From: Octopus sinensis
Lineage: Eukaryota
Direction: 5' to 3'
DNA: 64,000 nt
Assembly (NCBI RefSeq): GCF_006345805.1
Contig: NC_042997.1
Location: forward strand, 39,246,001 to 39,310,000
Each line of letters begins with the position of its first letter. Position 1 is the first letter of the stretch. Shown here piece after piece: positions 26,784-39,763 of this stretch. Made by a program: the position numbers and the translations under genes. Below the pieces are notes generated by a model. That model had not been told where the DNA came from. It saw nothing but the letters and a program-made list of their open reading frames with translations, and searched no databases.

Positions 26784-27239
26784 AATAAACTACATTTTAT
26801 TTTCTTTCCTACTCCCTTCCCTAGATTACCATTAAAGTTATTGATGAATATATTTACCAATTTAGAGGCTATGCATTGTTTTAAAAGATAGCTTTATATC
26901 TCTTTTGGTCTTTCTTGTGTGTCATGTGAATACAGAACTAAAGTAAAATACGAAACATATGTGAAATTTTATTTCCTGAAGTCTACTAATTCCGGTGTTT
27001 GAATTTTGGAATTAGTACTACAATGGCTCTGACACTAGGGCACTGAACCATTGATTAAGAGTTATAACTTTTTCCTCTAGTTTGCCTGACAAAATAAAAA
27101 CTCCTACTAATTGGCAGGATTGGTTTTTGTCTGGTGCAAACTTTAGGTTCCACTCCTACATCGCAGTTATAGTTAGTGGTAATAAGGTTATCTACTATAA
27201 AAAAATTTTAAAATACTTACTCAAAGAATGAAATAAAAA

Positions 27240-27623
27240 TCTACCTATCTTTATATATAAAAGTAAGGTTGTGTACTGTCTATCTCCTACAATTTAGATT
27301 CCTAACTACTCCCACATTTTGCGGTGCAGTTTAACCAAAACCGGGTATCTTATAGTCATGATTCATATCGTGCCCTTCTGGGTATTAGCGTGCATCTACG
27401 ATGAGTCTACGATTTTTAAAATAATTTACCATCATTTTTTCCATTTTAATGCATTTTTTCGCTATTATATAAGGGAAGTAACTCTCTAAAAATGTCTACG
27501 ATGAGTCAACGATTTAAAAAAAAATTTACTATCATTTTTTGCTATTTTTTGTCTTTAACTCTCTAAAAATGCTTTATAGTTATTTCCCTTACAAACCCGA
27601 GCAACGCCGGGCAATACTGCTAG
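27240..27623 (+). mobile_element. Non-autonomous Helitron (same family as 17214)
   Basis: A|TC...CCCGAGCAACGCCGGG...CTAG|T. Confidence 0.75.
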
Positions 27624-28439
27624 TTAGTCAATAAAAGTCTCTCTACAGTTAAATCTTTCAAACCATATCCTACTTTAAACATAGGCTTGCTGGATTGTAG
27701 ATGACCTGAGGCTAAATAACAACTACTAACCATCCACCTATTCTTGTATGAGGCTGAAATGAATGTTAAAATAGCCAAAAAGAAATTTATTTATCATGCT
27801 ATAAATTCAACGGGAAATGTTTTTAAATCCGTAAATTTTTTAGATTTTTTATTTGGAACGAACCCCCAACACTGGGGAAAGTCTTCTCTCATTCTACGAA
27901 GAAAACCCATATCTCTTGTAAAAATCTCTCATTTTGTTTTATTATTCTCTCTTTCTCTAAACTTCTATCATTCTAAAATGAATTTGATGACATTTTATAA
28001 TGCTGAGTTCTGAACTAGCAATCTGGCAGGGTGTGTGTTGCCACACCTGTCTGGGATTTTACTGCTGTCCTGGTACCACACAGTTTAACAGGTCACCACG
28101 AAACTTCCGTTTCCTCTCACCCAATTGCGCTTTGCAAATTATAAATGTACTTTGCTATAGTACTGATGATAATGGTGATGCTGTTATGTGGTGGTGGTGG
28201 TGGTGGTGGTAGTGGTGGTGGTGCTGGTTGTTTTAGTGACAAGAACAAATGTTAAATGTAAAAGCATGTGGTATTTTCATCTCCATGGGAATTAAGACAA
28301 AATGTAACAACTGATACCCTTACCCTAATTCCTGAATAACTGGGTGTTAGCTGCTGCTGCTGCTGTTGTTATTATTCATTGCATTTATGTTAGATTTTAT
28401 ATATATATATATGAAAACACTTTTCTTCCTTATCAACAT

Positions 28440-28567
28440 TTTAAAATGCTTATTTTCGTTTCACTTCTATCCATCGCTCCCTTTTCCTTCCGCTTTGTCT
28501 TATGTGCATATATGTCTATCTGTTTGTCTTTCTCTCCCCTTCATCTACTAATTCTTCCTGCCTCCAC

Positions 28568-28598
<31 letters not shown>

Positions 28599-28870
28599 CT
28601 TTTTGCTTTCACTATAACCGTTTTCCCTTCCTATCTATTGCATATTCGCCTCTCCCTCCAGCTGTACCTTTACACATACCCTCTCCTCTCCCGCTCCTCT
28701 GACGCACCTTTGCACCAAAATCTCGTGCTGCTCTACTGTGCCTTACATGTGTTCTCTCATCTGTTTCTCCTCTGCACCCTTTTTCACCCCCACCCCCTCT
28801 TTTAATGATCCATCAAACACTCCTTTCCCTCCCCATATACCCTCTCTTCCTCTTCTCCTCTGTCTCACAT
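28440..28870. repeat. Polypyrimidine / (CT)n-rich tract, preceded by (GGT)n (about 28188-28222) and (GCT)n
   Basis: Direct reading. Confidence 0.8.
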
Positions 28871-29066
28871 TTTGACAGATCCTAATTTTCTTTAGTTACC
28901 AATTCACAAAAAAAAAAAGAAACATTTCATCTGTACACATACAAAATAAATTTTAAATGTTCTCTCATTGTTTTTGGGGTCCCACTTAATGCTTCCTTAG
29001 ATTATTTCCTAAATCTTAAACTCCACGTTGTTTTACATCATCTTTATATTTTCCCATTTCATTGTT

Positions 29067-29705
29067 TTAACCCTTTCATTACTGTATTTATTTTGAGATG
29101 CTGTGTTTCTTTCAATCACTTTAAATATAACAAAGAATTTAGTAAAATAACTTAGTTATCATTCATCTAGTGTTAGGAACATAAATTGTGACCAAGGTTT
29201 GGTGGAAGATTTTAATTCAGAACTTATGAAAACAAGACATTCGTAGGCGCAGGAGTGGCTGTGTGGTAAGTAGCTTGCTAACCAACCACATGGTTCCGGG
29301 TTCAGTCCCACTGCGTGGCATCTTGGGCAAGTGTCTTCTGCTATAGCCCCGGGCCGACCAATGCCTTGTGAGTGGATTTGGTAGATGGAAACTGAAAGAA
29401 GCCTGTCATATATATGTATATATAGATATATGTACGTGTTTGTGTGTCTGTGTTTGTCCCCCTAGCATTGCCTGACAACCGATGCTGGTGTGTTTACGTC
29501 CCCATCACTAAGTGGTTCAGCAAAAGAGACCGATAATATAAGTACTGGGCTTACAAAGAATAAGTCCCGGGGTCAATTTGCTCAACTAAAGGTGGTGCTC
29601 CAGCATGGCCACAGTCAAATGACTGAAACAAGTAAAAGAGTAAAAAGAATAAAGAGTACTCAGAGCCAGAGCCGGTTTCAGCCGGGTTGGTAACGAAAGG
29701 GTTAA
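29067..29705. mobile_element. Second TTAA MITE family (TIR CCCTTTCGTTAC) split by SINE-A
   Basis: TTAACCCTTTCATTAC...GTAACGAAAGGGTTAA, 15/16 match. Confidence 0.75.
29246..29658 (+). mobile_element. SINE-A nested in a TTAA MITE
   Basis: Full-length; MITE arms on both sides. Confidence 0.85.
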
Positions 29706-30014
29706 ATAGTGTTTTCTTGTGATTCAGTTTTCTTTCATTCCTTTTCGATAGTGGAATGGCTGTTGCCCCATATTTGAGGCTGCCATGTATTCTAATGTAA
29801 CTTTTTTTTTTATAACTCTTTAGCTGTCTCATGTTTTAATCCATATGCCATGTTAAATTTATTGATGTTCATAATTACAGTCAACCACATCTGAACATAT
29901 TGACCATTTCCCCACCCCCTCTCTCTCTAGGAAATCCTTTACAAGTCATAATTTGATGTATTTTGACATCACCTCACCTCAGATTTTTAGGGGCTGCAAA
30001 TAAGATTGTGTGTA

Positions 30015-30055
<41 letters not shown>

Positions 30056-30320
30056 CAGACAGACAGAGAAGGGTAGGGATAGAGATCATCATCACCCAGA
30101 TGCTTTTCTACAGCAACTGTCTTCATAGTTCCTGTCTACCAATGTACACTTATGAAGGATCAGTCAACCTGAAGTTATTGGCAGAAGATATTTACCTTAG
30201 GTGTGTACAGTGGAATTGAACCTGGAACCACATGGTTGTGGAAAATAGCTTTTTAACTGCACAGCTATACTTGCAAGCATTTATATTAATTTCATCTGAT
30301 AAATTAAAATTGAAGCTTCA

Positions 30321-30645
30321 ATCATCATCATCATCATCATTTAACGTCCGCTTTCCATGCTAGCATGGGTTGGACGATTTGACTGGCAAACCAGATGGCT
30401 GCACCAGGCTCCGATCTGATCTAGCAGAGTTTCTACAGCTGGATGCCCTTCCTAATGCCAACCACTCCGAGAGTGTAGTGAGTGCTTTAACGTGCCACCA
30501 GTATGAGGGCCAGTCAAAGGGCACTGTCAACGGCCACGCTCAAATGGTGCTTTTTATGTGCCACCTGCACAGGAGTCAGTCCAGCGGCACTGGCAACAAT
30601 CTCGCTCGAGAGTTTTGTTCATGTGCCAGTAAGGCAACGCTTGAT
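30321..30645 (-). mobile_element. RTE 3' UTR fragment (D)
   Basis: Family match. Confidence 0.75.
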
Positions 30646-31170
30646 AGTTCATGATATATGTTCACCAATTATAGTTTAGATTGAAGTTAGTTGTTTTCAT
30701 TGTTTACTTGTAGGTCAACTCTGACCAAGCAGACTTAGGATCAAAGACATTGTAGCTGAGTTGTTTTTTTATATATAATTTATCTTGAAGTACATTGTCT
30801 AGCATGTCCTTTTTTTTTTTTTAAGATGGTTGTGTGATTTGAGGGAGATTTGGCTGTTGTTTTAAGAGGCCGGGCTGCTACATAGAGGCTCCCCCTTTAA
30901 TTTGGCTGTTGAGTATTTCGTATACCTCTTAAAGGAGTTCCTCTTTCCTAAACTCAAACGTCATTTGCTATGTCAGGCTTTGTTTAAATTCAGTTCTTCA
31001 ATGTGTTACTTGATTCAATATTGACTCTGTCAGTTATAAATTTAAACATGTTGAGTGACCTCTTCCAATCTTGGAACAGCTGTTCATGCTAACCAGCCAA
31101 GAAAATGTGAATTGTAGTTTTTCTTTTCTTTCCAATATTAATTCTCATATCCTAATCATTAACAAGTTGT

Positions 31171-31930
31171 CATCATCATCATCATCATTTAACGTCTGCT
31201 TTCCATGCTGGCATGGGTTTGACGGTTTGACTGAGGGCTAGCAAGCCGGAAGGCTGCACTCAGTTCCAATCTGATCAGGCAATGTTTCTACAGCTGGATG
31301 CCCTTCCTAATGCCAACCACTCCCAGAGTGTAGTGGGTGCTTTTTACATGCCATCGGTACAAGGGCCAGTCAAGCAGCACTGTCAACAACCACATTCGAA
31401 TGGTGCTTTTTATGTGCCACCGGCATGGGAGCCAGTCAGCCAGCACTGGCAACGATCACACTTGAATGCTGTTTTTTATGTGCCACTGACATGGGGGCTC
31501 ACTGGCACTGGCAACAATCACGCTTGAATGGTGCTTTTTATGTGCCACCACCAGGGGACCAGTCAGGCGGCACTGGCATCGACCATGCTCAAATGGTGCT
31601 TTTTATGTGCCACCAGCACAGGTTGCAATCAGGTGGTATTATCATTGGCCATGACAACAACTTCACTTGCCTCAACAGGTCTTTGCAAGCACAGTTTATT
31701 GCCCAATGATTGAAGGGTTACTCTTAAATGGGCTGGTTATGCTGCCCTGGCATAGGCCATGGTTACAGTCTCACTGAGCTTGCCAGGTCTTCTCAAGCAC
31801 AGTGTATCTCCAAAGGTCTTGGTCACTTATCATCACCTCAGAGAGGCCCAAAGGTTGTGCTTCACTGCCTCACCCCAGGTCTTCCTGGGTCTACCTCTTC
31901 CACAGATTCCCTCTACTGCTAGGGTGTAAA
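31171..31930 (-). mobile_element. 5'-truncated RTE LINE: ORF2 end, full 3' UTR with about five 64-bp repeats, (GAT)n tail
   Basis: RC encodes CGRGRPRKTW and continues into the same UTR as 7720-7920. Confidence 0.8.
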
Positions 31931-32849
31931 CACAAATAATATGAAGCATTGTAAGATCCAGTTTAAACCAGAAATGAGCAACAGAGCAGAGTACTATTTT
32001 CTCAAATTAAGAACTATAAATTGTTTTCTACTATGTTATCTTATTTGAGAAAAATGGAAAGACAGGTGCTATGGTATGATAGTCATATAGCAAACATTGG
32101 TTTAGGTTCCATCATTGGATGTTAGTCATTTCTATCTGGGATCAGTGCTTCTGGTGTCTAATGTAGTTCTACATAAAAATTTTAGTAAATTTATGATAGA
32201 TACACTTTAATCCATACCAGTATGGTATACAAATGCTAAATGATGATGATATTATGCGTTTTTCTTTCTCTGCTTTCTATATTTTATCTGAAGAGGAAAC
32301 CAACTACAAACTGCATAGTAACTTAAAACTTATGTATGAGCATATGATTGCATAACAATAACTAGAGCTTGCTGTTTAGATTAAGCTTTTTTATCTGGCT
32401 TATCTTAAATGAAATTTGCATTCATTTTAAATTACATCATTTCTCATTTGTTTAATGAAGTTCTCTGTTTTCAAGATTTTTAATTATTTGATAAGAAGTT
32501 GCTGATTCATTCCATCGCTACTGAGTTTCTACCTATGTGCAATTGTTCGGGTGGTGATCACACATAGCAAGAATCTCAAAAGTAAGATGAATCATAAGTT
32601 TCTTATGAATAAATAAGCTCTGTCATCAAGTACTCTTTCTCATGTTTTCTATCATAAGGTGTATGTGTGTGCATATAGGAGTGCAAGTGTGTGTGTGTGT
32701 GTAAGGTAGTTATACGTCATCATGATTTTATGCATGGAAAAGGGGACATTAAAACAACGATGGGGTCAAGCAAAAGTTATTGAGGCTGATATTCTATTGA
32801 GGTTGATGTTCTTCTTGTTACTAACCTCTCACCTTTTTCAGAAATGAAG

Positions 32850-33220
32850 CTAGTATCATCTGCTAGATGTGTAATGCCATTGTGCACACAAGACAAAATG
32901 TAAGCTCCCTGAGAGAAGTGTTGGACATAAGAGGCATCATATGTGGTGTGCAAGAGAGACGATTGCGTTGGTATGGTCGTGTGCTATGTATGGGTGAGGA
33001 GAGCTGTGTGAAGAAGCGCCACTCCTTAACAGTGGAAGGAACCTGTGGAAGAGGGAGACCCAGGAAGACATGGGATGAAGTGAAGCATGACTTTTGGACG
33101 TTGGGCCTCACAGAGGCAATGACGAAAGACTGAGACCTCTGGAGATATGCTGTGATTGAGAAAACCCGACAAACAAAGTGAGATCACAGCTGTAGCCTAC
33201 ACCAGTGTCGCATAACCAGC
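32850..33220 (+). mobile_element. RTE-clade LINE ORF2 3' fragment
   Basis: ERRLRWYGRVLCM...GRGRPRKTWDEV. Confidence 0.85.
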
Positions 33221-33620
33221 CCATTTAAAAAGTACACACTTACGCGCACACACACTCACACATTCACATACCCCCTTTTACACACATATATTCATACAGA
33301 GTTGAAACGCTGTTTGGTTTATTTTTTTCAGCGTACAATTTTCATCATCCCACTACCAAGTATGACATCACCCCTGCCTCCCTTATTCATCTATCACCCC
33401 TTCCTTTCCCATTCATAAACACAAGTGTATTATTATAGTAGATTATGACCATGGGTGCATGGGTGCTATGAAAAAAAAATACTAAGCTCAGCATCACCAT
33501 CGGATCATTCTTCACATCTGTCTAATTTTTCGTGCATTTCCGCCCAGTCGTTTGACCGTGAATCCCAAGACAAAAAGAATCGCCTATGTCAAATGTATGT
33601 ATGTATGTATATATATATTT

Positions 33621-33768
33621 CTGTCTACCATTCACAAGGCTTTGGTCAGCCTGAGGCTATAATAAAAGACACTTGCCCAAGGTTTCACACAGTGGGACTG
33701 AACCTGGAATCATGTGGTTGGGAATCCGGCTTTTTACCACACAGCCATGCCTATGCCTATATATTTCA
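33621..33768 (-). mobile_element. SINE-A 5' half
   Basis: Head-to-head with the copy at 33868. Confidence 0.7.
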
Positions 33769-33867
33769 TATATGCACACACATACACACACACACACTGA
33801 TATACTTTATCTATTGAAAATATATAAGGGGTGGGGGGTGAGATTTTTACAGTCTATAAGATATATC

Positions 33868-34253
33868 TGGCTGTGTGGTAAGTAGCTTGCTAACCAACCA
33901 CATGGTTTTGGGTTCAGTCCCACTGCGTGGCGTCTTGGACCAGTGTCTTCTGCTATAGCCCCAGGCCGACCAATGCCTTGTGAGTGGATTTGGTAGACGG
34001 AAACTGAAAGAAGCCTGTCGTATACATATATATATATATATGTGTGTTTGTGTGTCTGTGTTTGTCCCCCTAGCATTGCTTGACAACCGATGCTGGTGTG
34101 TTTACGTCCCCGTCGCTTAGCGGTTCGGCAAAAGAGACCGATAGAATATGTACTGGGCTTACAAAGAATAAGTCCCGGGGTCGATTTGCTCGATTAAAGG
34201 CAGTGCTCCAGCATGGCCGCAGTCAAATGACTGAAACAAGTAAAAGAGAGTAC
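33868..34253 (+). mobile_element. SINE-A
   Basis: Family match. Confidence 0.85.
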
Positions 34254-34746
34254 AGAGTATCTAAAATTTTTGTCATTGGATTCAGAAAACATTATTTGGG
34301 GCTGCAGTTGTGTGGGGAAAAAAAAAAAAAAAGAAAATTTGAAGTTTCCTTCAGCATATTGAATTTGTTACAAGAAGTTGTTAATAATAAGCAACAGATG
34401 TAGTTATATGAATAAAAAGTATTGGAAACAGCTGTATTTCCAATGTCTCTCCGCCTTTCTTTTTCCTCTTACACACACACACACACACACACAGAGGTCT
34501 GCTGCTAGTTTGAAGTTGGTCACTTTGTTTTGTTTTTTGTTTTTTTTTATCAACATGCAATTTGTTAAATTTTTTTATGACGTAGCTATTCTGAAATGAT
34601 AATGGTTATAAATTTACTATGTGCCCCCTATTGTCACTCTTAAGAATTAACTGTAACTGAACTCTGGTATTGCTTTATGACATATATATCAGTGACCCCA
34701 CTTTTGTACCCAGAATGAAGAATTGTAAGCCATAAACTGCAGCTCA

Positions 34747-34838
<92 letters not shown>

Positions 34839-34839
<1 letters not shown>

Positions 34840-35003
34840 GCGTAGAAGTGGCTGTGTGGTAAGTAGCTTGCTTAGGAACCACATGGTTCCAGGTTCAGTC
34901 CCACTGCATGGCACCTTGGGCAAATGTCTTCTACTATAGCCTCAGGCTGACCAAAGCCTTGTGAGTGAATCTGGTAGACAGAAACTGAAAGAAGCCCGTC
35001 GTG

Positions 35004-35038
<35 letters not shown>

Positions 35039-35220
35039 ATATGTTTGTGTGTCTTTGTTTGTCCCCCAACATCGTTTGACAACCGATGCTGGTGTGTTTA
35101 CGTCCCCGTAACTTAGCGGTCCGGCAAAAGAGACTGATAGAATAAGTACTAAGCTTACAAAGAATAAGTCCTGGGGTTGATTTGCTCGACTAAAGGCAGT
35201 GCTCCAGCATGGCCTCAGTC
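34839..35220 (+). mobile_element. SINE-A
   Basis: Family match, tail truncated. Confidence 0.8.
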
Positions 35221-35259
35221 GATGATGATGTGTGTGTGTTGCTAGGTGTTATGTATATT

Positions 35260-36075
35260 TTTAACCCTCTAATATTCAGATTATTCTGTCAAAGACCTAG
35301 ACACAATGCAGCAATGGATCACAGACTGGCAACTGAAACTGGCTGTGGACAAGTGTACCACCATGCATTTTGGGAGAAAAAACCCTGCGTCCACATACTC
35401 CCTCCACAACACTGATAGCAAGAAATCCTCTTGCGAGCGTGACCTAGGCATCACTGTCAGCAGTGATTTGCGTTGGACAAAGCATATCTCTAAAATTGTC
35501 AAGAAGGCCGAGAGTGTCTTGGCATCACTCAGCAAGATTTTTGTTAGCCGCTCTCCAGCCATCTATTTAAAACTGTATACAGCTATGGTACGACCACACT
35601 TGGAATTCGCATCATCAGTTTGGAACCTCTATCTTGCTCAGAACATTGACCTCCTGGAATCTGTCCAGAGACGTGCAACCAAACGCATACCCTCCATCAG
35701 ACACCTACCATATTCTGAGCGCCTTGTTTCCCTGGGCATGGATTCACTGAAGCTCCGGCGTCTGGCGACGGACTTGGTAAACACCACAAAGTTATCAACC
35801 ACCTCACCAACAACAACACTGAACACCTTTTTGATCTCCATGTGTCTAACACAGAAAACAACACAGCTCCCATGACTTTCGGAAACATTTTTTCACGCTC
35901 AGAGTTGCTGAAGCATGGAATAAACTGCCTGCGTCAGTTGTTGACTGCCATGACACTGCATCCTTTAAGGCCCTCATGCTTTCCGAAATCCGCCGAAACT
36001 ACACCTGATTATATATACACTTTAGATGAGTTGTAGTGCACCCGAGCACTGTACACTATTATTATTATTATTATT
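35260..36075 (+). mobile_element. CR1-type LINE, RT C-terminal region with (TAT)n tail
   Basis: ERDLGITVSSDLRWTKHI...YTAMVRPHLEFASSVW...LESVQRRATKRIP...ERL. Confidence 0.88.
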
Positions 36076-36254
36076 TTAAATGTAAAGCTTACTTATTCAG
36101 ATTGCTTTGAATTAAGTCTAAATTATCTTGTAACTTCAAGATTTCAATGATGTGACTGTTTATTCCAGAGTGCCAGCTCAGTTAAACTGTTGGCATGGGT
36201 TTAACTGAGCTGTCACTCACAATTGAAATTGAATTGAATTGTATCTTCTATAAC

Positions 36255-36541
36255 CTCAGGCCAACCAATACCTTGTGAGTGGTTTTGGTAGACGGAAACT
36301 GAAAGAAGCCTGCCATATATGTATGTATTTATGTGTGTGTGTCTTTATGTCTGTGTCTGTTGCCCATCTCTTGACAGCCGATGATGGTGTGTTTAAGTTG
36401 CTATAACTTAGCAGTTTGGCAAAAGAAATTGATAGAATAAGTACTGGGCTTACAAAGAATGTCCTGGGGTTGATTTCTTTGGCTAAAAAAACCTCTAAAG
36501 GTGATGCTCCAGCATAGCCACAGTCAAATGACTGAAACAAG
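36255..36541 (+). mobile_element. SINE-A, 5'-truncated
   Basis: Tail-to-tail with the copy at 36568. Confidence 0.75.
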
Positions 36542-36567
36542 AATAAATATATATGTTTTTTTTTTTT

Positions 36568-36945
36568 TTACTTGTTTCAGTCATTTAACTGTGGTCATGC
36601 TGGAGCACCGCTTTTAGTCAAACAAACTGACTCCAGGACTTATTCTTTGTAAGCCTAGTACTTATTCTCTCAGTCTCTTTTTGCTGAACTGCTAAGTTAT
36701 GAGGACGTAAACACACCAACATCGGTTGTCAAGCATTGGTGGGGGGACAAACACAGACACAAATAACAAATACATACACACATACAGACAGACTTCTTTC
36801 AGTTTCCATCTACCAAATCCACAAGACTTTGGTCGGTCCGAGGCTATTGTAGAAGACACTTGCCCAAGGTGCCACGCAGTGGGACTGAACTCAGAACCAT
36901 GTGGTTAGGAAGCAAGCTCCTTACCACACAGCCACTCCTACACCT
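36568..36945 (-). mobile_element. SINE-A
   Basis: Family match. Confidence 0.8.
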
Positions 36946-37330
36946 ACATGAAATATGTGTATGTGTGTGTGTTTATCCCCCACCAGCACTTTACAACCAG
37001 TGTTGGTGTTTTTACATACCGATAAGTTAGTAGTTTGGCAAAAATCACTGCTGGAATAAGTGCGGGGCTTTAAAAAAAAAAAATCAACTAAGTCCTGGGG
37101 TCAATTCATTCAACTAAAAATTCTTCAAGCAGTACCCCCAGCACGGCCACGGTCCAATGACTGAAACTAGTATAAAGATAAAGGGCGAGTAAGTATAATT
37201 TGGTAGCATGTATCATACTTTCACTAATTGTTTTATGTAATCTCAGACCGACACAGACACAGCCTGTCAGTCTTTACACCCTTGATCCAGTGAAACACTT
37301 AGAATTGTAATAGTGGTGACCGCACTCGGC

Positions 37331-37363
37331 TGGTACTCAGTGGTACTCAGTGGTACTCAGTGG
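37331..37363. repeat. (TGGTACTCAG)x3 tandem repeat inside an old SINE relic
   Basis: Direct reading. Confidence 0.85.
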
Positions 37364-37684
37364 AGAAGCCTGGAGGAATGTGAAATGAAGCACCTTTCTC
37401 AGGAATGCAACTTGCTACCCAATCAGTGAATTGATACCTGAGCATTACGATCTGTTGTCTGATACCCCAACCACATGGTGACATACCTGAATGCATATAT
37501 ATATATATATTATGTACATTTGTGTGTGTTTGTGGAAATGTGTGTGTATGTGTGTAAACATATATACATACATTATATATATATATATATATAATCTGGT
37601 GATGTCTTGGTTTTGTATCAAAGTAACATGAGACAGAATAGCGTAGTTTGAAGGATAATTGGTTGCTCTCTCTTTTTCTCTCTC

Positions 37685-37729
<45 letters not shown>

Positions 37730-37734
37730 TTAGG

Positions 37735-38733
37735 ATATGATGGGTAAATTGTCACCATTTTATATTTTTAATTTCACACAAGCACATTGTTTTTTGTCAT
37801 CTACACAGTATAGTAGGGTCAGTTGGGCACCATGTCACAATTCACTCTGACCGAAATTTGGAAACAATGGAAGGATGGAAGCACTCTGTCGGTTACGACG
37901 ATGAGGGTTCCGGTTCATCCGATCAACGGAACAGCCTGCTCGTGAAATTAACGTGTAAGTGGCTGAGCACTCTACAGACACATGTACCCTTAGCGCAGTT
38001 CTCGGGGATATTCAGTGTGACACAGAGAGTGACAAGGTCGGCCCTTTGAAATACAGGTACAACAGAAACAGGAAGTAAGAGTGAGAGAAAGTTGTGGTGA
38101 AAGAGTACAGCAGGGATCACCACCATCCCCTGCCGGAGCCTCGTGGAGCTTTAGGTGTTTTCGCTCAATAAACACTCACAACGCCCGGTCTGGGAATTGA
38201 AACAGCGATCCTATGACCGCGAGTCCGCTGCCCTAACCACTGGGCCATTGCGCCTCCATCATTTCGAAACAATATGCTGTACTGCTTGGCATTTGTGCCA
38301 GAGGCTCCAATATGAACATATCAATGTTTGGGTGTCAATCTGAGAACAGTGCAATCTTAGGGTATGTACCGAGAGTGATAAAAATCAAACATCCAGTCAA
38401 CATCATGGAGTTTCAAGTATTCACTTGTGATGGCGATGCTATGCCTCCATTCATCTTTCCACACGGCCTCAGACTCAAGACAGAGGCCTACATCAAGTAC
38501 CTGGATGAGTTAGTGCTGCCCTGGGTCAAGAGGGTGGCTGCTGGAAGACCCTATGTCTGGCAACAGGATTCTGCATCATGTCACACAAGCAGGAGAATTC
38601 AGTTATGGCTTTCAGACAATTTCTGCAACCACATCACCCCTAACCTCTGGCCACATAACTCCCCAGACTGCGACCCCCTTGATTATTATGTATGGGGCGC
38701 AGTTGAGCAAGAGACCAACAAAACTCCTTGTAA
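37735..38733 (+). mobile_element. Internally deleted IS630-Tc1-mariner transposon, DD37D (maT) type, split by SINE-C
   Basis: N-terminus MSQFTLTEIWKQ|YAVLLGI reconstructed across the TSD; catalytic part WQQD-x37-D (WPHNSPDCDPLDYYVW). Confidence 0.85.
37869..38261 (-). mobile_element. SINE-C inserted into a maT transposase
   Basis: 12-bp TSD TTT(G/C)GAAACAAT at 37857-37868 and 38262-38273. Confidence 0.85.
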
Positions 38734-38831
38734 ACATCAAAGAACCCCTTATTTGGTTCATATATGTGAAAGGGATGAGTATTTTGTTAATTTTGCCTTG
38801 TTTTTCTGTACAGTCATTGGTGGGGTGGGGA

Positions 38832-39011
38832 TTGGCACGTAAAAAGCACCCACTACACTCTCGGAGTGGTTGGCGTTAGGAAGGGCATCCAGCCGTAGAA
38901 ACATTGCCAGATCAGACTGGGCCTGGTTCAGCCTTCTGGCTTCCCAGACCCCAGTTGAACCGTCCAACCCATGCTAGCATGGAAAGCGGACACTAAACGA
39001 CGATGATGATG
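38832..39011 (+). mobile_element. RTE 3' UTR fragment (D)
   Basis: Family match; a shorter one lies at 44872-45014. Confidence 0.75.
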
Positions 39012-39728
39012 AAATATTCTGCTCTCATTCAAAATGCTGGTTTGCTTATATTGACATCTCTGTTTAATATAAAGTTCATATTTCATTTAACTGTCTCTCT
39101 GGTAGTGTCAGAAAGTACTCTATGATCTCTCCGGGAACAACTTCCATGAGTGTGACACCATTTCTTAATCTTTCGGGACATAAGTGTGCACAGGTTATTT
39201 TTGCTATTTATGTTAATTGTATTAAAGGGCTTCTGTATTTGGAAGTAGAGTTCCTGATTTGGGTTTTGTTGATAACTCTGTATTTAGATATTTTTTTTTA
39301 TTTTGTAGTCTCTTAAGTGGTATTATTATTGTTTAGTCCCAAGTTACAACTAATGAAACAAAAATGGTTAAAAATGCCTTCCAGCTGTGACCATTTTTCT
39401 TGTATTTGGGATTATATTGCATTGACTACCAAACAAGAGTTACTAGTTTTGACATTATGGGGGTTAAAAAATCTTTCAGCTATTACCATTTTTCTTCTAT
39501 TAGAAATGACATTGTATTCACTGATAGAGTAACTAATTTTGACATTATGAGGGTTAAAAAGTCTGATATCTATGGGTTCTTTGGAAATGCTTCTTAATTT
39601 GCATCAAGAAGCTCCTAATTATATTAGTGGTAATCTGGCATTATTTAAGCCTCTAGATTTTGATTTTATTTAGAAAGTAAAAGATCTCTCTTCCCCCTTC
39701 TCTCCTCACCCCAGTGTACATGTGTGTG

Positions 39729-39760
<32 letters not shown>

Positions 39761-39763
<3 letters not shown>

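Noticed and set aside
31330-31620. Regularly spaced ~64-bp repeats resembling a CRISPR array
   Set aside because: The whole unit is repeated with no unique spacers and there are no cas genes; it is a minisatellite inside a LINE UTR in a eukaryotic genome.
39391-39564. Degenerate tandem duplication of about 90 bp
   Set aside because: Real but old and unremarkable local duplication.
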